Shown: positions 35,731 to 46,595 of the stretch, in pieces
How positions within the stretch are numbered: position 1 is the first letter of the stretch
Layout of the letters: every line of letters begins with the position of its first letter
Origin: Macrostomum lignano
Lineage: Eukaryota
Assembly (NCBI GenBank): GCA_002269645.1
Contig: NIVC01001629.1
Location: 186,001-250,000, forward strand
DNA: 64,000 bases
Direction of reading: 5' to 3'
Position numbers and translations under genes: made by a program
Notes under the pieces: generated by a model
The model's input: only the letters and a program-made list of their open reading frames with translations
The model's database searches: none
Told to the model about the DNA's origin: nothing

Positions 35731-36169
35731 TTTGATTTTCGATTCTCTGCAAGGGCCAGCCCCCAAGACATAGTGGCTCGTATGTGCTGAGTCAGCTGAA
35801 TGGGGAGGATCGCCTCACGGCTGGTTGTGAGACGGGGGGCGGGGGGGCAGCTGAGTGCTCCATGGGTTGCTGAAAGGCGAATGGGGACTAGAGGTGAGAA
35901 GCTGCTGGGCCGCAACCCCAGACCCAAAAGACAAACAAAAAGAATAGCAACCGGGTGGTGGCTTAGGCCCTAGCAACGAGTAGCTCCCCGGCTTGGAAAA
36001 ACCAGAGGTCGAGCCAAAGGTCCATCAGCGCGGTGCTACACTGGGGCCTTGAGAGAGAATGTCTCTGGAAGCTGTCTTCGGAGCCTGTGGACAACTGCAT
36101 GCCCAAATGCGGCCGGAGTCACTGGATGGTCCAGCAGCCGTAGGGTGTGGCTTTAACTCCCGCTGGAGC

Positions 36170-36625
36170 ATGTACCCTGAGCTGGAGCATGTACCCTGAG
36201 CTGGAGCATGTACCCTGAGCTGAAGCATGTACCCTGAGCTGGAGCATGTACCCTGAGCTGGAGCATGTACCCTGAGCTGGAGCATGTACCCTGAGCTGGA
36301 GCATGTACCCTGAGCTGGAGCATGTACCCTGAGCTGGAGCATGTACCCTGAGCTGGAGCATGTACCCTGAGCTGGAGCATGTACCCTGAGCTGGAGCATG
36401 TACCCTGAGCTGGAGCATGTACCCTGAGCTGGAGCATGTACCCTGAGCTGGAGCATGTACCCTGAGCTGGAGCATGTACCCTGAGCTGGAGCATGTACCC
36501 TGAGCTGGAGCATGTACCCTGAGCTGGAGCATGTACCCTGAGCTGGAGCATGTACCCTGAGCTGGAGCATGTACCCTGAGCTGGAGCATGTACCCTGAGC
36601 TGGAGCATGTACCCTGAGCAGGAGC
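36170..36625 (+). repeat. 19-bp minisatellite, ~24 copies
   Basis: Unit GAGCTGGAGCATGTACCCT. Confidence 0.97.
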
Positions 36626-37108
36626 ATCGGGGGGCTGAAGGGTGAAGCATCGCAGACCAGAGCCTGAAGGCCAAGTCTGTCTCGTAATTCTCAAGCAAGC
36701 TGCCGCATCAACGCGAGCGTGCACAATGCGCTCTCTTCTGGCTGTTGCGAGGGCCAATCGCACAGCGAAACCCCATGACCAGCGGTCAGGCCAAAACGCG
36801 ACAGATTCCGAAAGACACGCAACAGAACCGGGGTTCCAGAAGTTTGCATTTAGGTCGCCTACCTGAAGCAAACCAACTGCAGAGCTTGTTAAATGTGCTG
36901 ACCTTTGCGAATATAAAATTGCATTGTCCCAGCCAAAGCAGGCGTGACCTAAAATTAGACTCAGAAGCTACTCGTGTCCGTAAATAAAAACTCTATGGTA
37001 AAAAGTTACTCAAAACAAAGAATACTTAAAGAGAAGTTCTGCTCGATGAAGCTCTATTAATTTTTTTTATTTCACTGCGAAGTCTCCTCGCGGACGCGAC
37101 CGACCAGG

Positions 37109-39596
37109 ATGCCCCGCCAGCCGCAGCCACCCAGCAGCCGGATGGACATCCGCTTCTTCACCGGCCGATCGGACTCTGTCGACGCGCAGTCGCCAAAGAA
37201 TTTCTCTTCCTCAAGCGTCGTCATTCCGTGCAGCGAAGAGGCTCCGGAATCGACGCCAAGGCGGAGCGCCTCGCCGCCGGAGCGGCAGCCGCAGCCATCG
37301 CCGACGCAGTCGCAGTCGCAGCCGCCCCCGCTCTTTTTCCAGAGCCACCGAGAGCGAGCGACGCTGGCGACGCTGAGCCCCCGGCGACAGCGCCGGCAGC
37401 TCCGCCGGGAGCGCCGCTGGGAGCAGCGAATCCAGATGCCGGACCCGGCGCCGCATCGGAGTGCGCAGCCGGCGCCGAACCTGCTGCCTGCGGAGCGGCG
37501 TTGGAGCGCCTTCGATGCCGACGGCTCGGCCACTGACCGGCGGAGAAAGCGTTCGAAGCAGCGGAAAGAGAAGCCGTCTGTGTCCAAGACGATTTCGAAC
37601 GAGCCGCAGGAGGCCCACCAGCCGGTTAAGAAGTCAAAGAAGCCTAAAGCGAACTCACCACCGCCCAGACAGTTGACTGAGCCAGCTGACGGACTTCAGA
37701 AGCAGACGGATTCGACAGGCGATCAGCTCTCAACCTCGGAGAACCGGCCGGACAGACGGCAGAAGTGCCGCAGCGGTGGCGGCAGGCAGAGCGGCTGCTT
37801 GCAGCAGCGGCACAGGAAAGACTCGTCGACTGAGCAGCCCACAGACGATGAGGCGACTCGTCCTGCAATGGAAAACCAGCAGACAGGGCAGCGGCCAGTG
37901 CAGCAGCGACCAAAGAAAGTTTGGCGGCTTCCTCGGTTTCCTGAGGACGTAGTGCACCCGCAGCTGCAGGCGCAGGATGAGGACCAAATGCTGTTCCAAC
38001 AGTTGAGCAGTGTGCTACATCATCAGAGGGACCAGCTGATTAGCACACTTCCTGCTCCGACTGAGGATCGACAGGAAAAAATTGCGCGACATCATAAAAA
38101 GACGGCCGCTAAACTTCAGCAAGAGGATTCGCTGGATCGCGCGCTGCATCACAAGGAGAAATCTGTAGTGCCTCGTATTGGCCGTTCCAATGCATCAGAG
38201 CAAAGTCGTGTCATCCGCCCACGCGATCATGTCCACTCTGTGCAAGATGAAGGGATTGTGGTGCGGTCACGGGATCATGTCCACTCTGTGCAAGATGAAG
38301 GGATTGCGGTGCGACCACGGGATCATGTCCACTCTGTGCAAGATGAAGGGATTGTGGTGCGACCACGGGATCATGTCCACTCTGTGCAAGATGAAGGGAT
38401 TGTGGTGCGACCACGGGATCATGTCCACTCTGTGCAACATGAAGGGATTGTGGTGCGACCACGGGATCATGTTCACTCTGGCAATGTGGTGCGGTCACGG
38501 GATCATGTCCACTCTGTGCAAGATGAAGGCATTGTGGTGCGGCCACGGGATCATGTTCACTCTGGCAATGTGGTGCGGTCACGGGATCATGTCCACTCTG
38601 TGCAAGATGAAGGCATTGTGGTGCGGCCATGGGATCATGTTCACTCTGGCAATGTGGTGCGGTCACGGGATCATGTCCACTCTGTGCAAGATGAAGGGAT
38701 TGTGGTGCGGTCACGGGATCATGTCCACTCTCTGCAAGATAAAGGTATTGTGGTGCGGCCCAGACAGCACGGACCGTCAGAGCTGCAGCCAAGAGATCTC
38801 CCCGTCTTCTTCCTACCAGAGCAAAGTTCGCTTGAAGCAAATTCAATAAGGCGCTCGAATCGCACTGTGGACCATCAGCGCCATGCTCAGCTGGAACCGT
38901 GGCGCGTCAATCATCAGAACAATCGGTTGAAACGCGAGCAGCTGAGTCCGAGTCACCGACGGCATCGGACATCCGCCACTCAGTTGGACCATCGAGAGCA
39001 GCCAGTTAACATGGGCAGTGGCGAACAGGAGCAGGCATTGCATCAGCCGCCAGATGATTCGTGGCCTGACAAAGATCTGAATCAGGACAAATGTCAACCA
39101 GATAATGTGCATCGTCAGTTAGATCATGTAATATATTCCCAACATCGTGTGCAGCGTCAACATGACCATCAAGACGACGCGCAACATTACCAAAATCGTA
39201 CACAGCGCCCACAAGATCACGTAGGTTGCCAGCAAGATCATGTCCAGCGCCACGATGGTCATGTGCAGCATCAGCTAAACTATGTGCAAGGTCAGCCAAA
39301 TCATGTGCTGCAGGAATTGCGACGCGACGGAAATCCTTCACAGAAGCGCCGGGAACAGTTCTCATACCACCGAGATCTTCTGGTCCACTGCGCAAGCCAC
39401 GAGACAGTTCAAGAAGTTCAAGAACACATTGAAATGCACCAGTGGAAAGATTCAAAGGACGAACCCGCTTACAGTAGGGCCCCAGATCAAGAGGCAATTG
39501 TCGGGAATGGTGTGGACTGCACGCCTCGACAGCCAGTTCCGCTCGCTCGTCAAAGGAACCAGCGGCAACCATGCTTGCACCTTCATGCTCAGCAGG

Positions 39597-39645
<49 letters not shown>

Positions 39646-40708
39646 GCAGCATCAGCAGCGTTTATTGGACCACAAACAACAACAACCACAACAGCAACAG
39701 CAGCATCAGCAGCGTCTATTGGACCACAAACAACAACCACAACAGCAACAGCAGCATCAGCAGCGTCTATTGGACCACAAACAACAACCACAACAGCAAC
39801 AGCAGCATCAGCAGCGTTTATTGGACCACAAACAACAACAACCACAACAGCAACAGCAGCATCAGCAGCGTTTATTGGACCACAAACAACAACCACAACA
39901 GCAACAGCAGCATCAGCAGCGTTTATTGGACCACAAACAACAACAACCACAACAGCAACAGCAGCATCAGCAGCGTTTATTGGACCACAAACAACAACCA
40001 CAACAGCAACAGCAGCATCAGCAGCGTTTATTGGACCACAAACAACAACAACCACAACAGCAACAGCAGCATCAGCAGCGTTTATTGGACCACAAACAAC
40101 AACCACAACAGCAACAGCAGCATCAGCAGCGTTTATTGGACCACAAACAACAACAACCACAACAGCAACAGCAGCAGCAGCAGCGTTTATTGGACCACAA
40201 ACAACAACAACAACAACCACAACAGCAACAGCAGCATCAGCAGCGTTTATTGGACCACAAACAACAACAACCACAACAGCAACAGCAGCATCAGCAGCGT
40301 TTATTGGACCACAAACAACAACAACCACAACAGCAGCAGCAGCGGGTATGGCAGCACGGAGACAGCGAGCCAGGGAATTTACCGGCTGATAATCATGAAA
40401 AATCCCAGATCGAGGATGCTGGCGAGACTTTGTCCGGCTCAGAGATGCCCAGCGTCACCGACAGCGAGCAGAAGTCTTCCAGCACGCAGCAGCAGCTGCA
40501 GCAGCTGCGGAGACTTCAAGCGCACCGTCTGAGGCGCGCCTCCAGCAGCAGCAAAACTCAAATCGGTCAATCGGGCGTCAAGGATGTCCTGGTGGCAAGC
40601 AGTCAGCCGGACAACGCGGATGGTCGGGAGCTGCCAGTCCTGCGGGTTGTTGTGGCCGATAGTCAAGAGTTCTCGGAGCCGATCGTGGCGCGCCTCCTGT
40701 TCGACTAG
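37109..40708 (+). CDS. 1199-aa Gln/His/Arg-rich low-complexity protein, no recognised domain
   Basis: 3.6-kb open frame including long non-repetitive parts; internal repeats (VVRPRDHVHSVQDEGI; QQRLLDHKQQQPQQQQQH) vary in multiples of 3 nt. Confidence 0.65.
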
Positions 40709-41432
40709 GGCTGCGGCGCCGCCCTGACAACGGCGCAATGCGAACTTCTGTCAGCGTTTTCCAGAACATTTTTTATCACAAAGCAACTTGTACTTTGCAA
40801 CAGTATCCAAGTTTTTTGCTTTCTTCGACAGCGAAGTTTTTTACATTACGGTTTCTTGGAATAAGAAAGTAACTAAACCAAGCGCTTGGCTCTTTTTTAC
40901 TAAGAAAAGCTTCAACTTCCAGAACTTCAGCTAAAATTCAGCACAGAATATGTACGTATTACACTACTATCAGTAGCTTACATTAGTAGACAGAGGGAAT
41001 TAATTACAATATGTAAGTAACTGGCACCCTAACGAGCCCTCAAGATCCTTCGAAACTGGAACAGACAGGAGTCAAAAGTCATCGTGAAAGCGTCCAGCGC
41101 TCCCGTGGGACGTGAGAATTCAATGAAGTCTCGGCGCAATAAAAACCGACCGCATGCGAAACAGCTACTTACAGTAGGAATCTAAGCAATCCAACCGCAG
41201 ATCAATGTAAAACAGTGAAATGAAGAGCTTTGAAAAAACATTTTAATCTAGGAATTGCAAAGGACAACAGAATGTTTGTTTGGTTTTCTGAGAAAAAGGA
41301 TTGGGTCATATTGCAATCAGTTAGGCTAGATTAGCAATCCAATCGAATGATCGGTATGCACTGAGTTTGCAGCCAGACTAGAAGCATCGAGCCGCAAGTC
41401 TCAAACATCGGCGGCTTCAGCAAAATTTCTAA

Positions 41433-41499
41433 GGCCATCCGACTTGATTGGAATTTGCGTCAAAGAGCTGGAAGGTCGCAGGTTCGATCTCGAGTGGCG
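41433..41499 (+). pseudogene. Degenerate tRNA-like / SINE-head-like sequence
   Basis: AAGGTCGCAGGTTCGATCTCG resembles variable loop + T arm (B box); GCCAT...GTGGC can pair as an acceptor stem; D and anticodon arms not intact. Confidence 0.3.
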
Positions 41500-41762
41500 T
41501 CGGCTTCTGCAAGAATGGGTTGAAGATTGAGAGGGTTTTATATTGATAAAATTCTGTTAGCAGACTATTTTCATGCTGCAAATTATGGTTTGAATGATTG
41601 GTAGACTTTGTGACTGCGTGCTGAGGTGAAAAAAGGAAAACTGCACTCAATGACCTCAGCCAGTGTTCAAATTTTTTAATTTATGAATGCAAAAGTGACT
41701 TGTGAGCTGGGAAATTTGCCCATTCAGTGCAAAACGGCTAAAAAGGGCACCCGATGAAGAAC

Positions 41763-41949
41763 TCAGTTCGGGCGGCGATGCAGCGGGCAGCTTCCGTGCA
41801 GCAGGCAGGAGCTGCTGAACCGCCGGAGTCTCCGCTGCTGCCGCTGCTGCGGCTCGTCGGTTGAATTCAGCAGAATCTGCGCTGCATCCGGGCTTCGTGA
41901 GACTGACTGAGCTCCGACTGTGGCCGATGTGTCACTTTCGGCTGCGAGT
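41763..41949 (-). CDS. Probable terminal exon of CEP135/TSGA10-like gene
   Basis: Acceptor CCCCACCTCAG, phase 2 matches the donor at 43901; ends ...PLHRRPN-TGA; no family similarity in this exon. Confidence 0.45.
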
Positions 41950-42084
41950 CTGAGGTGGGGAGAACTCCTGGTCCTGAGTCTTTTTTGAGTCACTTATTGC
42001 TTGAGAAACTTCCATTCATCTTGGCACGGTTTTGATTATGAGCACACTGCTTTTGGAGTAGCACTTTCTAAGGTTAGCATCAAG

Positions 42085-43760
42085 CAGTCTTTACCCTCCG
42101 TATCAGTCTTTATCCTCCGTATCAGTCTTTATCCTCCGTATCAGTCTTTACCCTCCGTATCAGTCTTTATCCTCCGTATCAGTCTTTACCCTCCGTATCA
42201 GTCTTTATCCTCCGTATCAGTCTTTATCCTCCGTATCAGTCTTTACCCTCCGTATCAGTCTTTACCCTCCGTATCAGTCTTTATCCTCCGTATCAGTCTT
42301 TATCCTCCGTATCAGTCTTTACCCTCCGTATCAGTCTTTATCCTCCGTATCAGTCTTTACCCTCCGTATCAGTCTTTATCCTCCGTATCAGTCTTTACCC
42401 TCCGTATCAGTCTTTATCCTCCGTATCAGTCTTTACCCTCCGTATCAGTCTTTATCCTCCGTATCAGTCTTTACCCTCCGTATCAGTCTTTATCCTCCGT
42501 ATCAGTCTTTACCCTCCGTATCAGTCTTTACGCTCCGTATCAGTCTTTACCCTCCGTATCAGACAGTCTTTACCCTCCGTATCAGACAGTCTTTACCCTC
42601 CGTATCAGTCTTTACCCTCCGTATCAGTCTTTATCCTCCGTATCAGTCTTTACCCTCCGTATCAGTCTTTATCCTCCGTATCAGTCTTTACCCTCCGTAT
42701 CAGTCTTTATCCTCCGTATCAGTCTTTACCCTCCGTATCAGTCTTTACGCTCCGTATCAGTCTTTACCCTCCGTATCAGACAGTCTTTACCCTCCGTATC
42801 AGACAGTCTTTACCCTCCGTATCAGTCTTTACCCTCCGTATCAGTCTTTATCCTCCGTATCAGTCTTTACCCTCCGTATCAGTCTTTACGCTCCGTATCA
42901 GTCTTTACCCTCCGTATCAGACAGTCTTTACCCTCCGTATCAGACAGTCTTTACCCTCCGTATCAGACAGTCTTTACCCTCCGTATCAGACAGTCTTTAC
43001 CCTCCGTATCAGTCTTTACCCTCCGTATCAGTCTTTACCCTCCGTATCAGACAGTCTTTACCCTCCGTATCAGACAGTCTTTACCCTCCGTATCAGACAG
43101 TCTTTACCCTCCGTATCAGACAGTCTTTACCCTCCGTATCAGTCTTTACCCTCCGTATCAGTCTTTACCCTCCGTATCAGACAGTCTTTACCCTCCGTAT
43201 CAGACAGTCTTTACCCTCCGTATCAGACAGTCTTTACCCTCCGTATCAGACAGTCTTTACCCTCCGTATCAGACAGTCTTTACCCTCCGTATCAGACAGT
43301 CTTTACCCTCCGTATCAGACAGTCTTTACCCTCCGTATCAGACAGTCTTTACCCTCCGTATCAGACAGTCTTTACCCTCCACATCAGACAGTCTTTACCC
43401 TCCGTATCAGACAGTCTTTACCCTCCACATCAGACAGTCTTTACCCTCCGTATCAGACAGTTTTTACCCTCCGTATCAGACAGTCTTTACCCTCCACATC
43501 AGACAGTCTTTACCCTCCGTATCAGACAGTCTTTACCCTCCGTATCAGACAGTCTTTACCCTCCACATCAGACAGTTTTTACCCTCCACATCAGACAGTC
43601 TTTACCCTCCACATCAGACAGTCTTTACCCTCCGTATCAGACAGCCTTTACCCTCCGTATCAATCTTTACCCTCCGTATCAGTCTTTACCCTCCGGATCA
43701 GTTTTTACCCTCCACATCAAGCAGTCTTTACCCTCCACATCAAGCAACCTTCACCCTCCG
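42085..43760 (+). repeat. 19/23-bp intronic minisatellite, ~1.7 kb
   Basis: TCTTTACCCTCCGTATCAG grading into TCTTTACCCTCCGTATCAGACAG. Confidence 0.97.
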
Positions 43761-43901
43761 CATCAAGCCTTCAAACCACGGAGGTCTTTAAACTTCACGA
43801 CAAGGCATTTATCCTCAACGTAATAAAATCTCATAAGTCCTCAGCCTCATTTACGAGTAAAACTTGATCATTTCCCCCCAAAGTTTCATCCCAATGAGTA
43901 C

Positions 43902-44404
43902 CTCGAGCTGCCCCAGGCGGCAGCTGTGGCGGCCGCTCCGCTGAGCCTCTCGGCCCCCAGGGCCCTCGCCAGCCTCTCCGCCTCGGCCTCCAGCTCGCCG
44001 CAGCGCTGCCTCTGCCTCGCCAGCTCCCGGCCACGGAGGTCGGCCTCTGTCTGAGCTGCGTCCAGCCTCTCCTGCATCAGCTGCAGCTCAGTGCGAGCCT
44101 CGTGAGCTTCGAGTCGGCTTCGCTGCTCCCTGTCCTGACAGGCGCTCAGCTCCGCTTGCTCCGCCTCCAGCTCCGCCTCCAGCCGCTCCGCCGTCTCCTG
44201 CGACTCCCGCAGCTCCGCCTCCAGCCGGCGCAGCCGCTCCGCCGCCTCAGCCTCGAGCTGGCGGCTCCGCCGCTCACCGTCGGCCGTGTCTTCTGCCTGC
44301 CGGCCGAGGCGTCGCTCCAGCAGCTGCAGCCGCTCGCCGACCTCCGCGCAGTGCAGCCGCTGCGCCGCCTCCCGGCTGGCCAGCTCGGCCCGCTCGGCCG
44401 CCAT
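43902..44404 (-). CDS. CEP135: CEP135/TSGA10-like coiled-coil exon
   Basis: Acceptor CCTCGCCAG, phase 0; heptad-rich E/R/L/A sequence; weak donor GTACTC (or reads on to TGA at 43886). Confidence 0.7.
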
Positions 44405-44509
44405 CTGGCGAGGGAGTGGCGAGTGCGACTGAGTGAGCGAATGCGGGTGCAACCGAGGCCCGCGGAGCCTCTCTGTCTGGCCCTTGGGTCCCTTGAAACT
44501 TCACAATAG

Positions 44510-44800
44510 CATCTCTCCTCTCATCCCATCTCTTCTTTCATCCTATCTCTCCTCTCATCCTATCTCTCCTCCAATCTCTTCTCTCCTCCCATCTCTCCTC
44601 TCCTCTTATCCCATTTCTCCTCTCATCCCATCTCTCCTCTCATCCCATCTCTCCTCTCATCCCATCTCTCCTCTCATCCCATCTCTCCTCTCATCCCATC
44701 TCTCCTCTCATCCCATCTCTCCTCTCATCCCATCTCTCCTCTCATCCAATCTTTCCTCTCCTCCCATCTCTCCTCTCCTCTTTCCTCTTCTCTATTCCTT
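44510..44800 (+). repeat. 17-bp pyrimidine-rich intronic repeat
   Basis: Unit CTCATCCCATCTCTCCT. Confidence 0.9.
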
Positions 44801-44931
44801 CTTCTTTCCTTTCTCAGCTTCAAGTGTTTTTTGAGTTCCTTTTAGAAAATTGTAGTTTCGAGAAAGATTAGGGACCAAGAAACTTGACAGGTCCCCCAAA
44901 AAAGGTGCTGCATCTGCTCCCACTGACTCAC

Positions 44932-45339
44932 CGCTCTGAGGGCCGCTTCAAGCTCAGTTGAGCGCAGCTCCAGCCGCGACCTTTCAGCCTCCGCAGCCTC
45001 CGCCGTTGCTCTCAGCCTCTCGCGCTCCGCGGCCGCCCGCCTCAGCTCCGTTACTGTCTCGTCCCGCTCAGCCTCCAGCCGCTTCATCATCGTCTGAGCC
45101 GACGTGGCGCCGGCCGCTGACTGACGCCGAAGTCGCTGCTGCTCGGCCTGCGCCTCCGCCAGCGCCCGCGCCAGCTCGCCGCGCTCTCTGGCCAACGATC
45201 GGACCTCGGCTTGGATGTCGCTCAGGTGGCGCTCGAACTTGTCCAGCACCTGGCGGAGCTCGTCCCGCTCTCGGCGAACTCTGGACAGCTCGGCTGCCGC
45301 AGTCAGCTGCGACCGGCCCGGCGAGGGCGACCTGCGGCG
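44932..45339 (-). CDS. CEP135: CEP135/TSGA10-like coiled-coil exon
   Basis: ELSRVRRERDELRQVLDKFERHLSDIQAEVRSL and MKRLEAERDETVTELRR match CEP135-family motifs as I recall them; acceptor CTCCCACAG, donor GTGAGT. Confidence 0.75.
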
Positions 45340-45364
45340 CTGTGGGAGAGCGTTTGACCAACAC

Positions 45365-45548
45365 TGCTCAGATCTGACCAGCTCTGCTCGGATCTGACCA
45401 ACTCTGCTCGGATCTGATCAACTCTGCTCGGATCTGACCAACTCTGCTCGGATCTGACCAACTCTGCTCAGGTTTGATCAACTCTGCTCAGATCTGACCA
45501 ACTCTGCTCAGATCTGACCAACTCTGCTCGGATCTGACCAACTCTGAC
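45365..45548 (+). repeat. 20-bp intronic minisatellite, ~9 copies
   Basis: Unit CTGCTCGGATCTGACCAACT. Confidence 0.93.
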
Positions 45549-45576
45549 AGTTCCCAACAACCCCAGCTTCGCCCAC

Positions 45577-45809
45577 CTGTCCGTCTCGCAGTCTCTCCTG
45601 GCTGTCAGCCCGGCCGCCGCTCAGAGCCGGCATCCGCATCATCCGCGACAGCCGATCGGCCTCCGCCTTCCAGAATTCGCGGTCTTCCTCAACTCCGCGC
45701 AGGTACCGCTCCAGCTGCGCCGCCGAGGCCGAGTCCCCAGCGACACCACCGCCGCCTCCAGTCCCGATTTTCCTTCGTAGCCGCTCCAGCTCCAACACCA
45801 ACTCGCGTT
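45577..45809 (-). CDS. CEP135: CEP135/TSGA10-like exon
   Basis: ERELVLELERL...LERYLRGVEEDREFWKAEADRL; acceptor CACAATCAG phase 1, donor GTGGGC phase 0. Confidence 0.75.
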
Positions 45810-45963
45810 CTGATTGTGGAATATGAGCAGAGAACTTCTAGCATCGTTTGTCATAGAATTTAGACATATGGCCCCAAAACTGAATTTTAATCTTCTTTGA
45901 AGGTTGTTTGAAGTTGTTTTTGAGTCACTTTGAAAATGGAAGATAAAAGCCGCCGAAACTTAC

Positions 45964-46150
45964 CGCAGGCGGTCAGGCGCAGAATTCGCTGGGCGAGCCG
46001 CTGCTTGTCTTCCTGCTGCTGGGCCACAATGCTGCGCAGCTCCTCCAGGTCCAGCATCGAGCAGCTGACGGCTCCATCGCGGCCGCCGTTTCCGCTGGAT
46101 GGTCGCCGCTGACGCGAATTTCCAGAACAGTCCTGCAGCCGCTGACGGTC
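45964..46150 (-). CDS. CEP135: CEP135/TSGA10-like exon
   Basis: ...LEELRSIVAQQQEDKQRLAQRILRLTAC; donor GTAAGT phase 1. Confidence 0.65.
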
Positions 46151-46556
46151 CTGCAGCGGGTGGTTGGAAAATGCAGAGACTGTCCGCTTCTCTGAGCTCA
46201 ACTAGAAGGATTTCTGGCAGGTAACAACGTTTCAAATTTGGGCAGTCAAGACGACTTCACTGACAGCATGACAGCAGCTTACTGTAGGCATCACTGACAG
46301 CATGACAGCAGCTTACTGTAGGCATCACTGACATGACAGCAGTTTACTGTAGACATCACTGACAACATGACAGCAGCTTGCTGTAAGCGATACATTGAGG
46401 TTTGCAGATCAAGGACATCATTCTCAGAAGAGATTCATAGCTCGTATGTCAGCTAAAAGTGAGATTTTAAAATCCTTTTATTCTGACTACTAATTAAGAG
46501 GCTTTCAATGGGATAAAATCCTAATGCCGCTGGGGAGGCCTCTGGATGGAACTCAC

Positions 46557-46595
46557 GCTGGCCCTGGCGGATGCGGATCTCTTCAGCGCTGGCAT
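46557..46595 (-). CDS. Probable first coding exon (MPALKRSASARAS) of CEP135-like gene; exon spans 46557-46660
   Basis: Acceptor CTGTTTTCAG, GCCATGC start, donor GTGAGT phase 0; total spliced CDS 1557 nt (518 aa). Confidence 0.45.

Noticed and set aside
39006-40532. Overlapping 440-, 416- and 272-aa ORFs in other frames of the Gln-rich repeat
   Set aside because: CAG/CAA repeats are stop-free in several frames; only the 37109-40708 frame spans the whole unique region
42001-43791. 596-aa LYPPYQS-repeat ORF
   Set aside because: Translation of a 19/23-bp array lying antisense in an intron; unit lengths are not multiples of 3
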